DNA of 64,000 bases from an uncultured Lachnospiraceae bacterium (GTDB lineage Bacteria; Bacillota; Clostridia; Lachnospirales; Lachnospiraceae). Positions 18,784-28,718 of the stretch are shown one piece after another. The DNA lies in NCBI GenBank assembly GCA_948473115.1, contig CAOKWI010000004.1, forward strand, positions 24,546 through 88,545. Direction: 5' to 3'. The translations under genes and the position numbers were made by a program. How positions within the stretch are numbered: position 1 is the stretch's first letter; each line of letters begins with the position of its first letter. The notes below the pieces were generated by a model, which was not told the DNA's origin, searched no databases, and saw nothing but the letters and a program-made list of their open reading frames with translations.

Positions 18784-19035
18784 CTAATATCTTTTATATA
18801 TGTCCCCACGATTCTCGGCACCTATAACATAGACAATTAATTTCCCATTGTCCACTGAATAAATGATCCGGTAATCCCCGATACGAAGCCTTAACAATTC
18901 ACCATGTCCCCGTAATTTCTTTATATCTTCACCATTTGGGATCTGTTCTATTGCCAATACTACTCTTTTTCTTTCATTTATGGGCAATTTATCAATAAAT
19001 TATTTGGCTCTTTTCTTGATAATGACTTCATACAT
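18784..19035 (-). pseudogene. relE: RelE/ParE family toxin with in-frame TAA at codon 12
   Basis: MYEVIIKKRAK*FIDKLPINERKRV...LRLRIGDYRIIY...IGAENRGDIYK; the ATG overlaps the antitoxin TGA; stop at 19002-19000. Confidence 0.85.
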
Positions 19036-19253
19036 CAACCAATCCCCCATTCCTTTTTACATTCTTCAAGAGAATCGCTTTTATCTTTTTCGGGATCAGG
19101 ATCATTGACGTAATCTTCATATAATTTCTCGCAATATAAAGCATCTTCCATGTCATCATCAAATTGTAAGCCTTTCAACAACAACAATAAATTGCTTATT
19201 TTATATTCAGGAAGCTGATCAATAACCTGTTTCGCCTGTTCTCTCTCACTCAT
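19035..19253 (-). CDS. Putative type II antitoxin
   Basis: 72 aa, acidic, coupled by TGATG to the RelE-like gene; ends SLEECKKEWGI. Confidence 0.75.
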   Translation of the reverse strand: MSEREQAKQVIDQLPEYKISNLLLLLKGLQFDDDMEDALYCEKLYEDYVNDPDPEKDKSDSLEECKKEWGIG

Positions 19254-19369
19254 ATGCCATTACCTCGCCTTTCCTGTTCATGTCCCTATTATATCAGATT
19301 ATATGGCATTTTCAAGCCGCTTATACGGTAAATCCAGCCATCATATAGTATACACAGTTGGCACGGCAT

Positions 19370-19831
19370 TTATGAAAGCTCCATATTGATGGATTTGTCG
19401 GTGAATCCATAATTGGAATAGAATTGATAGGCCGCTTTATTCCTGGCATTTACCTGCAATTCGATCCCGTCATATCCCCTCTGATCCCGTAATTCCCCCA
19501 GGAAATCGAAAAACGCGTGTCCGATTCCCTTTCCGCGGTATTTTTCTTCTACCGCCATGGAATCCACAAAGATAATATTCCTTGTCACCTGATTCGGGCT
19601 TTCTATGTGACGGTATTGGATGAACAAAATGCCTGCTACCTTTCCGTCATATTCCGCAACATAAAAAGTTTCCTCCTTTACTGCCTGCTCATATAGCTCC
19701 AGCGGCAATACTGTTTCGCTATCCTTATAAATGTCCGGCCGCCAGTCGATATGCATCTGCTGGACCTGCCTCATAATTGCCTCTACGATTTTATATTCAT
19801 CCGGTCTGGCATTTCTGATATAAATTTCCAT
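19370..19831 (-). CDS. GNAT family N-acetyltransferase
   Basis: VEEKYRGKGIG acetyl-CoA motif; NKAAYQFYSNYGF. Confidence 0.92.
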   Translation of the reverse strand: MEIYIRNARPDEYKIVEAIMRQVQQMHIDWRPDIYKDSETVLPLELYEQAVKEETFYVAEYDGKVAGILFIQYRHIESPNQVTRNIIFVDSMAVEEKYRGKGIGHAFFDFLGELRDQRGYDGIELQVNARNKAAYQFYSNYGFTDKSINMELS

Positions 19832-19867
19832 TGCTTCCTGAAACCTCCTTACCCTTGAAGCGCCGTC

Positions 19868-20665
19868 TCATATCTGCAGTACCGCCTCCTTCATGCTCTT
19901 CACATACCTGTAGACTTCTGCCGGCGCATCGTTTCCGTACTGCGCCACAAGCTTCACAATGGCGCTTCCCACAATGGCGCCGTCCGACACTGCTGCCATC
20001 TTCCCCGCCTGTTCCGGCGTGCTGATGCCAAAGCCCACGGCGCAGGGGACATCCGTCACCTTCCTGATACTTTCCACAATTGCCCCCACATCTGTCCTGA
20101 TCTCGCTCCTGACGCCTGTGACGCCCATGGAAGATACCACATAAATGAATCCCTTCGCCTCAGAGGCAATTTTCTGGATGCGGCTTTCCGACGTAGGCGC
20201 GATCATGGAAATCAATGCCACATCATGGGCGCAGGCGGGCTCCTCCATCTCCCGCTTCTCCTCAAAGGGCAGATCGGGAATGATGACGGCGTCCACTCCC
20301 AGTTCCCCGCATCTGGCAAAGAATTTGTCATAACCATAATGGAATACCGGATTCGCATAGGTCATGAAAGCCAGGGGGATCCGGGACTTTTCCCGGACAC
20401 GGCGGACAATGTCGAATGCACCGTCCGTAGTCATTCCGCCCTTCAACGCGCGAATATTGGCATCCTGGATCACCGGTCCCTCCGCCGTGGGGTCAGAGAA
20501 CGGAATGCCGATTTCAACCAGGTCGGCTCCCGCCCGTTCCATCTCCAGGATACAGTTTACCGTATTGTCCGCGGTGGGATCCCCCGCCGTGATGAAGCCG
20601 ATGAACGCTTTTCCGTTTGGTGTGTCGAAGACCTTTTGCAGCTTATTGTTTATCCTATTACTCAT
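19868..20665 (-). CDS. trpA: Tryptophan synthase alpha chain
   Basis: [38 protein letters not shown]. Confidence 0.97.
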   Translation of the reverse strand: MSNRINNKLQKVFDTPNGKAFIGFITAGDPTADNTVNCILEMERAGADLVEIGIPFSDPTAEGPVIQDANIRALKGGMTTDGAFDIVRRVREKSRIPLAFMTYANPVFHYGYDKFFARCGELGVDAVIIPDLPFEEKREMEEPACAHDVALISMIAPTSESRIQKIASEAKGFIYVVSSMGVTGVRSEIRTDVGAIVESIRKVTDVPCAVGFGISTPEQAGKMAAVSDGAIVGSAIVKLVAQYGNDAPAEVYRYVKSMKEAVLQI

Positions 20666-21842
20666 GGATCTCTACCCCCCTGTATCTTGCAATGGCCGCA
20701 ACATCCTTATCTCCCCGCCCCGACAGGCAGATGATAATGCTTTGTTCCGGGCTGTAATTTTTCGCAATTTTCCGCACATATGCAACCGCATGGGCGCTCT
20801 CAATGGCACAGATGATGCCCTCCGTCCTGGCGATATACTCAAAGGCGTCCACCGCCTCGTCATCGGTGACGGGCACATACTGCGCCCTGCCGATATCATG
20901 CAGATAAGCGTGCTCCGGCCCGATGCCAGGATAATCCAGACCTGCGGAAATGGAGTATACCGGGGCAATCTGCCCGTATTCATCCTGGCAGAAATATGAT
21001 TTCATGCCGTGGAAAATTCCCAGGCTTCCGGTGGCAATGGTAGCCGCCGTCAACGCGGTATCCACGCCCTTTCCCGCCGCCTCGCAGCCGATCAGCTCCA
21101 CTTGCCTTTCCTCTATGAAATTATAAAACGCTCCCATGGAGTTGCTTCCGCCCCCCACGCAGGCCACTACCGCGGCGGGAAGCTTTCCCTCCTTCTCCAG
21201 GATCTGGGCCTTCGCCTCCCGGCTGATGACACTCTGGAAATCCCGTACAATCATGGGAAAGGGATGGGGACCCATGACGGATCCAAGCACATACAGCGTG
21301 TCGTTCACCCTGCCCGTCCATTCCCTCATGCATTCATTGACCGCATCCTTCAAGGTCTGGGTGCCGGTGGTGACCGGATGCACCTTCGCGCCCAGCAGTT
21401 CCATGCGGTATACATTCAGCGCCTGACGCTCCGTGTCCTCTTTTCCCATATAGATCTCACACTCCATGCCCAGCAGTGCCGCCGCCGTGGCTGTGGCAAC
21501 GCCGTGCTGTCCCGCCCCCGTCTCGGCGATGATACGGGTCTTTCCCATCTTCCTTGCCAGCAGCGCCTGCCCAAGCACATTATTGATCTTATGGGATCCG
21601 GTGTGGTTCAGATCCTCACGCTTCAAATAGATCTTTGCGCCTCCCAGATCCCTGGTCATCTTCTCCGCATAATACAGCAGGGACGGTCTCCCTGCGTATT
21701 CGTTCAGAAGCGTATTCAATTCCGCCTGAAACTGAGGATCCTGCTTATAATGCTCATAACACTCTTCCAGGCGGATCAGTTCGTTCATTAATGTCTCGGA
21801 AATATACTGTCCTCCGTGTATTCCGTAACGTCCTTTACTCAT
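20658..21842 (-). CDS. trpB: Tryptophan synthase beta chain
   Basis: [42 protein letters not shown]. Confidence 0.98.
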   Translation of the reverse strand: MSKGRYGIHGGQYISETLMNELIRLEECYEHYKQDPQFQAELNTLLNEYAGRPSLLYYAEKMTRDLGGAKIYLKREDLNHTGSHKINNVLGQALLARKMGKTRIIAETGAGQHGVATATAAALLGMECEIYMGKEDTERQALNVYRMELLGAKVHPVTTGTQTLKDAVNECMREWTGRVNDTLYVLGSVMGPHPFPMIVRDFQSVISREAKAQILEKEGKLPAAVVACVGGGSNSMGAFYNFIEERQVELIGCEAAGKGVDTALTAATIATGSLGIFHGMKSYFCQDEYGQIAPVYSISAGLDYPGIGPEHAYLHDIGRAQYVPVTDDEAVDAFEYIARTEGIICAIESAHAVAYVRKIAKNYSPEQSIIICLSGRGDKDVAAIARYRGVEIHE

Positions 21843-21915
21843 GTTGCCGCACTCCTTTTCTATCCTTCCTAAACTTCATAATGTTGTTCCATTCTGTTGA
21901 TTTCGTTTTATTCTG

Positions 21916-22527
21916 TCAATTTTGTTCCCGCTGCCGGACAAGGTTTACCGCCTGCTGCATTTTACCCTTATCCTTAAATCCCCCTGTCTCCACCCCGGAG
22001 CTTAAGTCCACAGCGTAAGGCATGACTGTCTCCACTGCCTGTTTCAGATTCTCCGGCTTTAACCCGCCTGCCAGGAAAAACTCCCTTGGAATGTCTGCCA
22101 GCAGTCCCCAGTCAAAGGCGACGCCGCTTCCCATGCCACTGTCGAACAGCAGATAATCCGCTGATGAGTCCAGCCATGCCTCCACATCAAGGCGGCTTCT
22201 GACCTTGACGGCTTTGATGACCGGCTTTCCGGTCACCTCCCGTAGATATCGGATCTCCTCCTCCGTCTCCTCCCCGTGAAGCTGCGCCATATCGATCACA
22301 CCCGCCCGGAGCAGGGAGACGACTTCCTCCGGCGGCGCATCCACAAACACGCCCACCGCCTGGATCCCCGGTCTCAGTGCTCTGCACAGCATTGCCGCCC
22401 GCTCATGGCTGACATATCTGCGGCTGTGCGCCCAGAACACAAAGCCGATATAATCCGGCATGGCCTGGTTCGCATAATGGATATCCTCCTCACGGGAAAG
22501 GCCACATATTTTTATCTTGACTGCCAT
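21916..22527 (-). CDS. trpF: Phosphoribosylanthranilate isomerase
   Basis: KIKICGL, QLHGEE, FLAGGL, DLSSGVE. Confidence 0.96.
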   Translation of the reverse strand: MAVKIKICGLSREEDIHYANQAMPDYIGFVFWAHSRRYVSHERAAMLCRALRPGIQAVGVFVDAPPEEVVSLLRAGVIDMAQLHGEETEEEIRYLREVTGKPVIKAVKVRSRLDVEAWLDSSADYLLFDSGMGSGVAFDWGLLADIPREFFLAGGLKPENLKQAVETVMPYAVDLSSGVETGGFKDKGKMQQAVNLVRQREQN

Positions 22528-22690
22528 ACAATCCTCCCTGTCAGCTTCCGTTCTACAAAGTTTCCTTCAACTCCTCCGTTTCCCGGGATCCCCCTCAACT
22601 CTCCAGTTTCCCGGGATCCTCCTCAACTCTCCGTTTGACAGGATCCCCCTCAACTCTCCGTTTTACAGGATTTCCCCCCTCAGTTCTCTC
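22528..22690. repeat. About 27-28-bp degenerate tandem repeat, 5-6 copies, in the trpC-trpF spacer
   Basis: CAACT cores at 22568, 22596, 22624 and 22651, with diverged copies at 22542 and 22681; the unit matches the trpC 3' end. Confidence 0.85.
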
Positions 22691-23448
22691 AGCATCCCTG
22701 CTTTATCAGGACTTCTCATAAAGGTCTCCCCGATCAGCACTGCATCGGTTCCATTTTCCTCCAGCCTGGCAATGTCCGCCCGGGTCTTCATGCCGCTCTC
22801 CGACACGAATAGAATTTCCCTTGGCACCAGTTCCCGAAGCCTGACGGAATTGTTGATATCCACGGTGAAATCCTTCAGGTTACGGTTATTGACCCCGATG
22901 ATTTTCGCCCCTGCACGCAGCGCCATCCCGATCTCCTTCTCGTCATGTGCCTCCACCAGTGCCGATAATCCCAGTTCCCCCGCAAGCTGCGTATACTCGG
23001 AAAGCTGTGCGGGAGAGAGGATGGCGCAGATCAGAAGCACTGCGTCGGCACCCATCGCCCTGGCCTCGTAAAGCATATATTCGTCCACCGTAAAGTCCTT
23101 GCGCAGGAGGGGAATGGACACCTCCCGGCGGATAGCGGTGAGATACGCGTTGCTTCCCTGGAAATAAAAGGGTTCTGTCAGTACGGACATGGCGTCCGCG
23201 CCCGCCCTTTCATATTCCCTGCCAATCTCCACATAAGGGAAATGCTCCGCAATCACTCCCTTGGAAGGGGATGCTTTCTTTACTTCGCAGATAAAGCTCA
23301 TGCCCTTCTTTTCCAATGCCTTTTCAAAGGGAAACCCTGTGCTGTGATTCCGTTCTGCCGCCTGTGCCTTCAACTCCGCCAGGGACATCCTTCTCTTTTC
23401 CGCCGCGATCCGCTCTCTTGTCTTTGCCGCAATTTCCTCTAATATCAT
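22663..23448 (-). CDS. trpC: Indole-3-glycerol phosphate synthase
   Basis: ICEVKKASPSKG, SVLTEP, LLRKDF, GVNNRNL, VSESG. Confidence 0.97.
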   Translation of the reverse strand: MILEEIAAKTRERIAAEKRRMSLAELKAQAAERNHSTGFPFEKALEKKGMSFICEVKKASPSKGVIAEHFPYVEIGREYERAGADAMSVLTEPFYFQGSNAYLTAIRREVSIPLLRKDFTVDEYMLYEARAMGADAVLLICAILSPAQLSEYTQLAGELGLSALVEAHDEKEIGMALRAGAKIIGVNNRNLKDFTVDINNSVRLRELVPREILFVSESGMKTRADIARLEENGTDAVLIGETFMRSPDKAGMLRELRGEIL

Positions 23449-23518
23449 AGCGATACCTCCCTGCCTGCATGGCATGCGCCCATCCGGGATTTGACTTTAG
23501 GAATCTTTTTCAGCTACC

Positions 23519-25177
23519 TTAGCTGTTGGACGCCTTTACAAATTCCTCCAGCTTCCGCAGCGCTTTCCCACTGTCTATGGTTTCCTCTGCCAGCTTTACC
23601 GCCGCTTTCATGCCGTTTGCCTTCCCTGCGACGAACAGGGCTGCGGCCGCATTGATCACTGCCGCGTCGCGCTTTGCGCCCCGTTCTTCTCCCGCCAGGA
23701 TCGCCCTGGTGATCTCCGCGTTTTCCCGGGGCGTACCGCCCAGAAGATCGCCCTTCTTTCCCCGCCGCAGCCCCGCCTCCTCGGGAGTAATGGTGTATTT
23801 CCTGTATTCCCCGTTATGGAAAGCAATGACCTTCGTAGGGCCGCAGATGGAGATTTCATCCAGCTTCTCCTCCCCGTAGACCACCATGCCCTTTCTGACC
23901 CCAAGGTTAGCAAGGACACGCGCCATGGGCTCCAGCAGCTTCTCGTCATAGACGCCCATAACCTGCATGGTTGCCCTGGCAGGATTGGTCAGGGGACCCA
24001 GGATATTGAACACCGTGCGGATGCCAAGTTCTTTGCGGATGGGTCCCACATACTTCATGGCCGTGTGGTATTTCTGTGCAAAAAGGAAACAGATCCCCGT
24101 CTCTTTCAGCAGCCTGGCCGCTTTCTCCGGCTCCAGGTCAATATTTACCCCCAATGCTTCCAGACAGTCTGCCGCCCCCGACCTGGAACTGGCGGCCCGG
24201 TTGCCGTGCTTTGCCACGGGAACGCCCGCCGCTGATACGATCAATGCCGCGGTGGTAGAAATATTAAAAGAATTGGAGCCGTCCCCGCCGGTGCCCACGA
24301 TCTCCAGCACATCCATATCATGTTCCACGGACAATGCGTGATTACGCATCTCCTCCGCGGAACCGGTAATTTCCTCTATGGTCTCTCCCTTCATGGAAAG
24401 TTCCGTCAGATACGCACTTTTCTGAATGTCCGTGGCCTCGCCGCTCATGATCTCATTCATGACGGCCTTTGCCATCTCGTAGCTGATGTCCTCTTTTCTT
24501 GATAACTTAATAATTGCCTCTCCTATCATCTCTCTGTTCTCCTTCCTGTTTGCTTTCCCGTTGTCACTCCTGTCCTTATTTGGCTGGCCAGATCCTGTCT
24601 TTTCCGCCCCGGCGCTTCCCAGAAAATTCTCGATGATCCTCCTGCCCTCCGGCGTCAGCACGGATTCCGGGTGGAACTGCACACCGTATACGGGATATTC
24701 CCGATGTTCCACCGCCATGACCTCACCGTCAGACGTCAAAGCAGTCACCACAAGTTCCTCCGGCATGGTATCAGGATCCGCCGCCAGGGAATGGTATCTG
24801 GCCACCACCATCTCCCTGCCCATCCCCCGAAACAGAACACTTTCCGTATCCAGCACTGCCGTAGACTGCTTGCCGTGCATCAGTTCCCTGGCATATGTCA
24901 CTGTGGCGCCGAACACTTCGCAGATGGCCTGATGCCCCAGGCAGATACCCAGGATAGGGATCTTTCCCTTGAAGGTTCGGATAACCTCCTCACAGATCCC
25001 TGCCTCCGCCGGTCTGCCCGGACCCGGCGATAAAATGATATGGGACGGAGCCAGCGCGCCGATCCCTTCCACCGTCATCTCATCATTCCGGATCACCCTG
25101 ACCTCCGGCTCCACAGCGGCTGTCAGCTGGTACACATTATAAGAAAAGCTGTCGTAATTATCGATCAAAAGTATCAT
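23519..25177 (-). CDS. trpGD: Fused anthranilate synthase component II / anthranilate phosphoribosyltransferase (TrpG-TrpD)
   Basis: [25 protein letters not shown] followed by [18 protein letters not shown]. Confidence 0.96.
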   Translation of the reverse strand: MILLIDNYDSFSYNVYQLTAAVEPEVRVIRNDEMTVEGIGALAPSHIILSPGPGRPAEAGICEEVIRTFKGKIPILGICLGHQAICEVFGATVTYARELMHGKQSTAVLDTESVLFRGMGREMVVARYHSLAADPDTMPEELVVTALTSDGEVMAVEHREYPVYGVQFHPESVLTPEGRRIIENFLGSAGAEKTGSGQPNKDRSDNGKANRKENREMIGEAIIKLSRKEDISYEMAKAVMNEIMSGEATDIQKSAYLTELSMKGETIEEITGSAEEMRNHALSVEHDMDVLEIVGTGGDGSNSFNISTTAALIVSAAGVPVAKHGNRAASSRSGAADCLEALGVNIDLEPEKAARLLKETGICFLFAQKYHTAMKYVGPIRKELGIRTVFNILGPLTNPARATMQVMGVYDEKLLEPMARVLANLGVRKGMVVYGEEKLDEISICGPTKVIAFHNGEYRKYTITPEEAGLRRGKKGDLLGGTPRENAEITRAILAGEERGAKRDAAVINAAAALFVAGKANGMKAAVKLAEETIDSGKALRKLEEFVKASNS

Positions 25178-26661
25178 TCCCTCAGTCCCTCCTGCGCGGC
25201 CTCAATGGCGTTCCTGACCGCCGCCGCTTTCTGAATACACTCCCTGTATTCCTTTTCCGGTACACTGTCCGCCACGATCCCCGCGCCGGAGCGGATGAAC
25301 ACCTTTCCGTTTTTGGAAAAGGCAAGCCGTATAGCAATACAGGTGTCCAGATTCCCCGTGAAGGAGATGTAGCCGATGGCGCCGCCATAGATTCCACGCT
25401 TATTGTTTTCCAGTTCGTTGATGATCTCGCAGGCCCTGAGTTTCGGCGCTCCCGAAAGAGTTCCCGCGGGCAGGATCGCGTCCACCGCGTCCAGCGCATC
25501 CTTATCCTGCCGGATCATGCCCCCTACCGTGGAACCGATATGCATGACATGGGAAAACCGCTCTATGGACATATACTTTTCCACCTCCACGGTTCCCACC
25601 CTGCTGATCCTGCCGATATCATTCCGCCCCAGGTCCACCAGCATATTGTGTTCCGCCCGCTCCTTTTCATCGGCAAGAAGTTCTTTCTCCAATTCCAGAT
25701 CCTCCTCCGCCGTTTTTCCCCTGGGTCTGGTTCCCGCCAGGGGGAAGGTATACAGCTTTTCCTTTTCCAGCTTTACCAGCGTTTCAGGACTGGCTCCGGC
25801 AATTTCCCCGTCCGTTCCCGAGAAATAGAACATATAGGGGGACGGATTGCTGGTTCGCAGGACTCTGTAGGCATCCAGCAGACTTCCCTTCATTTCCGCC
25901 TCCAGTCGGTTGGAGAGCACCACCTGGAAGATATCGCCCTCCCTGATATAGCGCTTTCCCTTCCGTACCATGTCACAGTACTCTTCCTCATTAAAAAGCG
26001 GTTTAAAGCCTGACTTAAGCACCAGGGGTTCACTGGCCGCCCTTTCTCCCTTTTGTATCAGCTGCTTCATATTTTCCAGTTCCAGTACCGCCCTGTTAAA
26101 GTTGGTCTCAATGTCGTCCGTCTTGATGTTCACAATAAGGATGATCTTCTGCCTGTAATTGTCAAAAGCGATGACTTTGTGGAACAGCATCAGGTTCACA
26201 TCCTGAAAACCCTCCTCGTCCTTTGCGTCCAGCTTTAATGTAGGCTCGCTGTATTTGATATAGTCGTAAGAAAAGTATCCCACCAGGCCTCCTGTGAAGG
26301 AAGGCAAATATTCCAACTGGGGACTGTGGTTTTCCTGGATGATGCCGCGGATACAGGTGCGGATATCCTCCGCGGTGGTCTGGGTCGTCAGTTGGTTCCT
26401 GATCCTTGTGGTTCCGTTGTAACAGGTGATCTCCAGCAGGGGGTCGTATCCCAGAAAAGAATATCTGCCCCATTTTTTGTCCGCCTCCGCGCTTTCCAGA
26501 AGATATACGTGGGCACTGATTTTCTTCAGGATCTGCAATACTTCGATAGGCGTGGTGGCATCAGACAAGATTTCTGAGCTGACAGGAATCACACCATAGT
26601 TTCCTTTGCATGAAAGTTCCCGACATTCCTCAAGAGTTGGCTGTATTTTCATGATCTTCAT
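25174..26661 (-). CDS. trpE: Anthranilate synthase component I
   Basis: [46 protein letters not shown]. Confidence 0.97.
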   Translation of the reverse strand: MKIMKIQPTLEECRELSCKGNYGVIPVSSEILSDATTPIEVLQILKKISAHVYLLESAEADKKWGRYSFLGYDPLLEITCYNGTTRIRNQLTTQTTAEDIRTCIRGIIQENHSPQLEYLPSFTGGLVGYFSYDYIKYSEPTLKLDAKDEEGFQDVNLMLFHKVIAFDNYRQKIILIVNIKTDDIETNFNRAVLELENMKQLIQKGERAASEPLVLKSGFKPLFNEEEYCDMVRKGKRYIREGDIFQVVLSNRLEAEMKGSLLDAYRVLRTSNPSPYMFYFSGTDGEIAGASPETLVKLEKEKLYTFPLAGTRPRGKTAEEDLELEKELLADEKERAEHNMLVDLGRNDIGRISRVGTVEVEKYMSIERFSHVMHIGSTVGGMIRQDKDALDAVDAILPAGTLSGAPKLRACEIINELENNKRGIYGGAIGYISFTGNLDTCIAIRLAFSKNGKVFIRSGAGIVADSVPEKEYRECIQKAAAVRNAIEAAQEGLRE

Positions 26662-26692
26662 TCTCCTTTCCCTGCTTTTACAATTTTTCGAA

Positions 26693-27045
26693 CAAAAAAA
26701 GTCCTTGACAAAATATACATTTTGTCAAGGACGGGATAAGCTCTTGCAATAAGCTGTCATTATTCCCGCGGTGCCACCTTGCTTCACTTCCATAAAGGAA
26801 GTGCTCTTACCGGGATACCATCATATCCCTGACATCTCACGCGTGTCTCACGTCGCAATATACTCGGAAGACCTCATGCATTTGCATATTTTCTTCCTTT
26901 CCCTGCGCCCTCCGTGGTCCATTTAACAGCCTGCGTTCTGACCTTTCTCAGCATCCGGTCTCTCTGTAAGTGCCTGTGCAATGTCTATAGTTGATACTGC
27001 ACACTGTTTTTATCTCCACATCTTCGGTTTCGGTTCCGCTATTCA
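26693..27045 (-). promoter_or_regulatory. Trp T-box riboswitch leader with terminator
   Basis: Minus strand: AGAGA and GCTGA stem I motifs, specifier TGG (26921-26919), T-box AAGGTGGCACCGCG (about 26780-26767), terminator GTCCTTGACAAAAT/ATTTTGTCAAGGAC plus T run. Confidence 0.92.
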
Positions 27046-27055
27046 TTTTTTTATT

Positions 27056-27084
27056 ATATTACTCCCGTCACCAGAATGTGTCAA
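27056..27084 (-). promoter_or_regulatory. Sigma-A promoter of the trp leader
   Basis: TTGACA-N17-TAATAT. Confidence 0.75.
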
Positions 27085-27096
27085 GTTTTTTTGCAA

Positions 27097-27149
27097 CAAA
27101 AAATCCTCCCGAATGAACCAGATAGTTTGTTGCATTCAGGAGGATTTTC
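27097..27149 (-). terminator. Terminator after pfk
   Basis: AAAATCCTCC...GGAGGATTTT inverted repeat with a T tract on the minus strand. Confidence 0.65.
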
Positions 27150-27173
27150 CACCTTGCCATAGAATATTTGTTT

Positions 27174-28421
27174 TTACTTCTTGTCCCTGCGGAGTACGAG
27201 ATGCTGGGGCAGACCATTCACCATGAAGGGCTGATAATCTCCCTGGATCAGGGGCTCAATGTAATTGATAAATTCTTCCGTCACATAATTGCCTTCCTTG
27301 TTGACCCACTCCCTGGGAACCAGCTTTTCATTGTTAGCGATGCGGTGCACATCATATATTCCGGCCGCGCTCATGTAAGGATCGTCAGCCACCCTGTCGA
27401 TGACTACCATCTTGCCGTTATCGCCTTCGTCCGCTGCCTTCACCGCTGCGCCGCCTACCATGAAAGCTTCGTTGATATCCACACGGGAAGCCATATGGGA
27501 AGCGCTTCTCTGCATGGTGGAAAATTCAATGCTTCTGGTCTTGCAGCCGATTTCAGCGCTTAAGAAGTTAGCCAGGTAGGAAGCTGTTCCCTGCAGCTGC
27601 TTATGTCCAAACGCATCCACATAGTCCGCATTGCCGGACAGTTCGCAGACATATCTGCCGTCCTCCAGCTTAATACCCTCAGATACCGCGATCACGACGG
27701 ACTCTTTTTTCTTTAAAAGTTCCTGGGTCTTCTTCAGGAATTTGTCAATGTCAAAGGGAATCTCCGGCAGATAGATCAGATCCGGTCCGTCGCATTCTTC
27801 CGTCTTCGCCAGGGCGGTTGCACCTGTCAGCCATCCTGCATTCCGTCCCATCACCTCGATGATGGTGATCATCTCTTTGTGGTACGCCAGTCCCAGCGCA
27901 TCACAGATTACCTCTTTGGTGGATGCCGCAATATACTTCGCAGCGCTTCCGAATCCCGGCGTATGGTCTGTCAGCGCCAGGTCATTGTCGATGGTCTTAG
28001 GCACGCCCAGGAATTTCTGGGGATGGCCCTTGATGATCGCATAGTCAGACAGCTTCTTGATCGTATCCATGGAATCATTGCCGCCGATGTAGATAAATGC
28101 CTCAATCTCCAGCTTGTCAAGAATGGCAAATATTTTCTCGTAAATATCCAGGTTCTCATGGATCTCCGGCAGTTTATAACGGCAGGATCCCAGGAAAGCT
28201 GAAGGGGTTCTTTTTAACAACTCAATATCCATATCCGAGTGGATCTGGGTGGACAGATCCACATACTGTTCGTCCAGAAGTCCCTGTATTCCATGAAGCA
28301 TTCCATATACCTTATGAAAGCCTCTCTCAATGGCAGTCTTATAGACGCCTGCCAGACTGGAGTTGATCACGGCGGTGGGTCCTCCGGACTGACCAACGAT
28401 TATGTTGCGTTTCTTTTCCAA
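27174..28421 (-). CDS. pfkA: 6-phosphofructokinase, probably PPi-dependent
   Basis: GQSGGPT, GGNDS, PKTIDNDL, EVMGRNAGW; TTG start behind AAGGAGG. Confidence 0.92.
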   Translation of the reverse strand: MEKKRNIIVGQSGGPTAVINSSLAGVYKTAIERGFHKVYGMLHGIQGLLDEQYVDLSTQIHSDMDIELLKRTPSAFLGSCRYKLPEIHENLDIYEKIFAILDKLEIEAFIYIGGNDSMDTIKKLSDYAIIKGHPQKFLGVPKTIDNDLALTDHTPGFGSAAKYIAASTKEVICDALGLAYHKEMITIIEVMGRNAGWLTGATALAKTEECDGPDLIYLPEIPFDIDKFLKKTQELLKKKESVVIAVSEGIKLEDGRYVCELSGNADYVDAFGHKQLQGTASYLANFLSAEIGCKTRSIEFSTMQRSASHMASRVDINEAFMVGGAAVKAADEGDNGKMVVIDRVADDPYMSAAGIYDVHRIANNEKLVPREWVNKEGNYVTEEFINYIEPLIQGDYQPFMVNGLPQHLVLRRDKK

Positions 28422-28490
28422 TTTAAATGCCTCCTTTAACTGATATGCATTGATTTTTGCCATCTTTGCGCCATATAACACACTTCCCGT

Positions 28491-28634
28491 CATGCCGACG
28501 CAGTCGGCACAGACATGCAGTGAACAGAATGCCCGTTCTTGGCATTCTTCAGTGTGTAATTTAGAATTTCTTAGCTGGCGTACTAAAGAGGTGGGCTATG
28601 CCCCCTCTTGACAGCTTAGAAATTCTTTACGCAC
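28491..28634 (-). repeat. Dispersed palindromic repeat A, copy 1
   Basis: Reverse complement aligns over about 143 bp with 50921-51066, including an identical AGGGGGCATAGCCCACCTCTTTAGTACG. Confidence 0.9.
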
Positions 28635-28718
28635 TTTGCCCGCAAAGATTCACTCCGCATTTTACTATACCAAATTTTTTGCGGCTTGAACAGTACTTTT
28701 TCATGAAAATCCATCCTG

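Noticed and set aside
18784-18987. 67-aa RelE ORF as an intact toxin
   Set aside because: It is the portion downstream of the premature stop and lacks the N-terminal strand and an RBS
22528-22690. Possible mini-CRISPR or attenuator (28-bp repeats)
   Set aside because: No spacers; the unit is a copy of the trpC 3' end; trp regulation is already explained by the T-box
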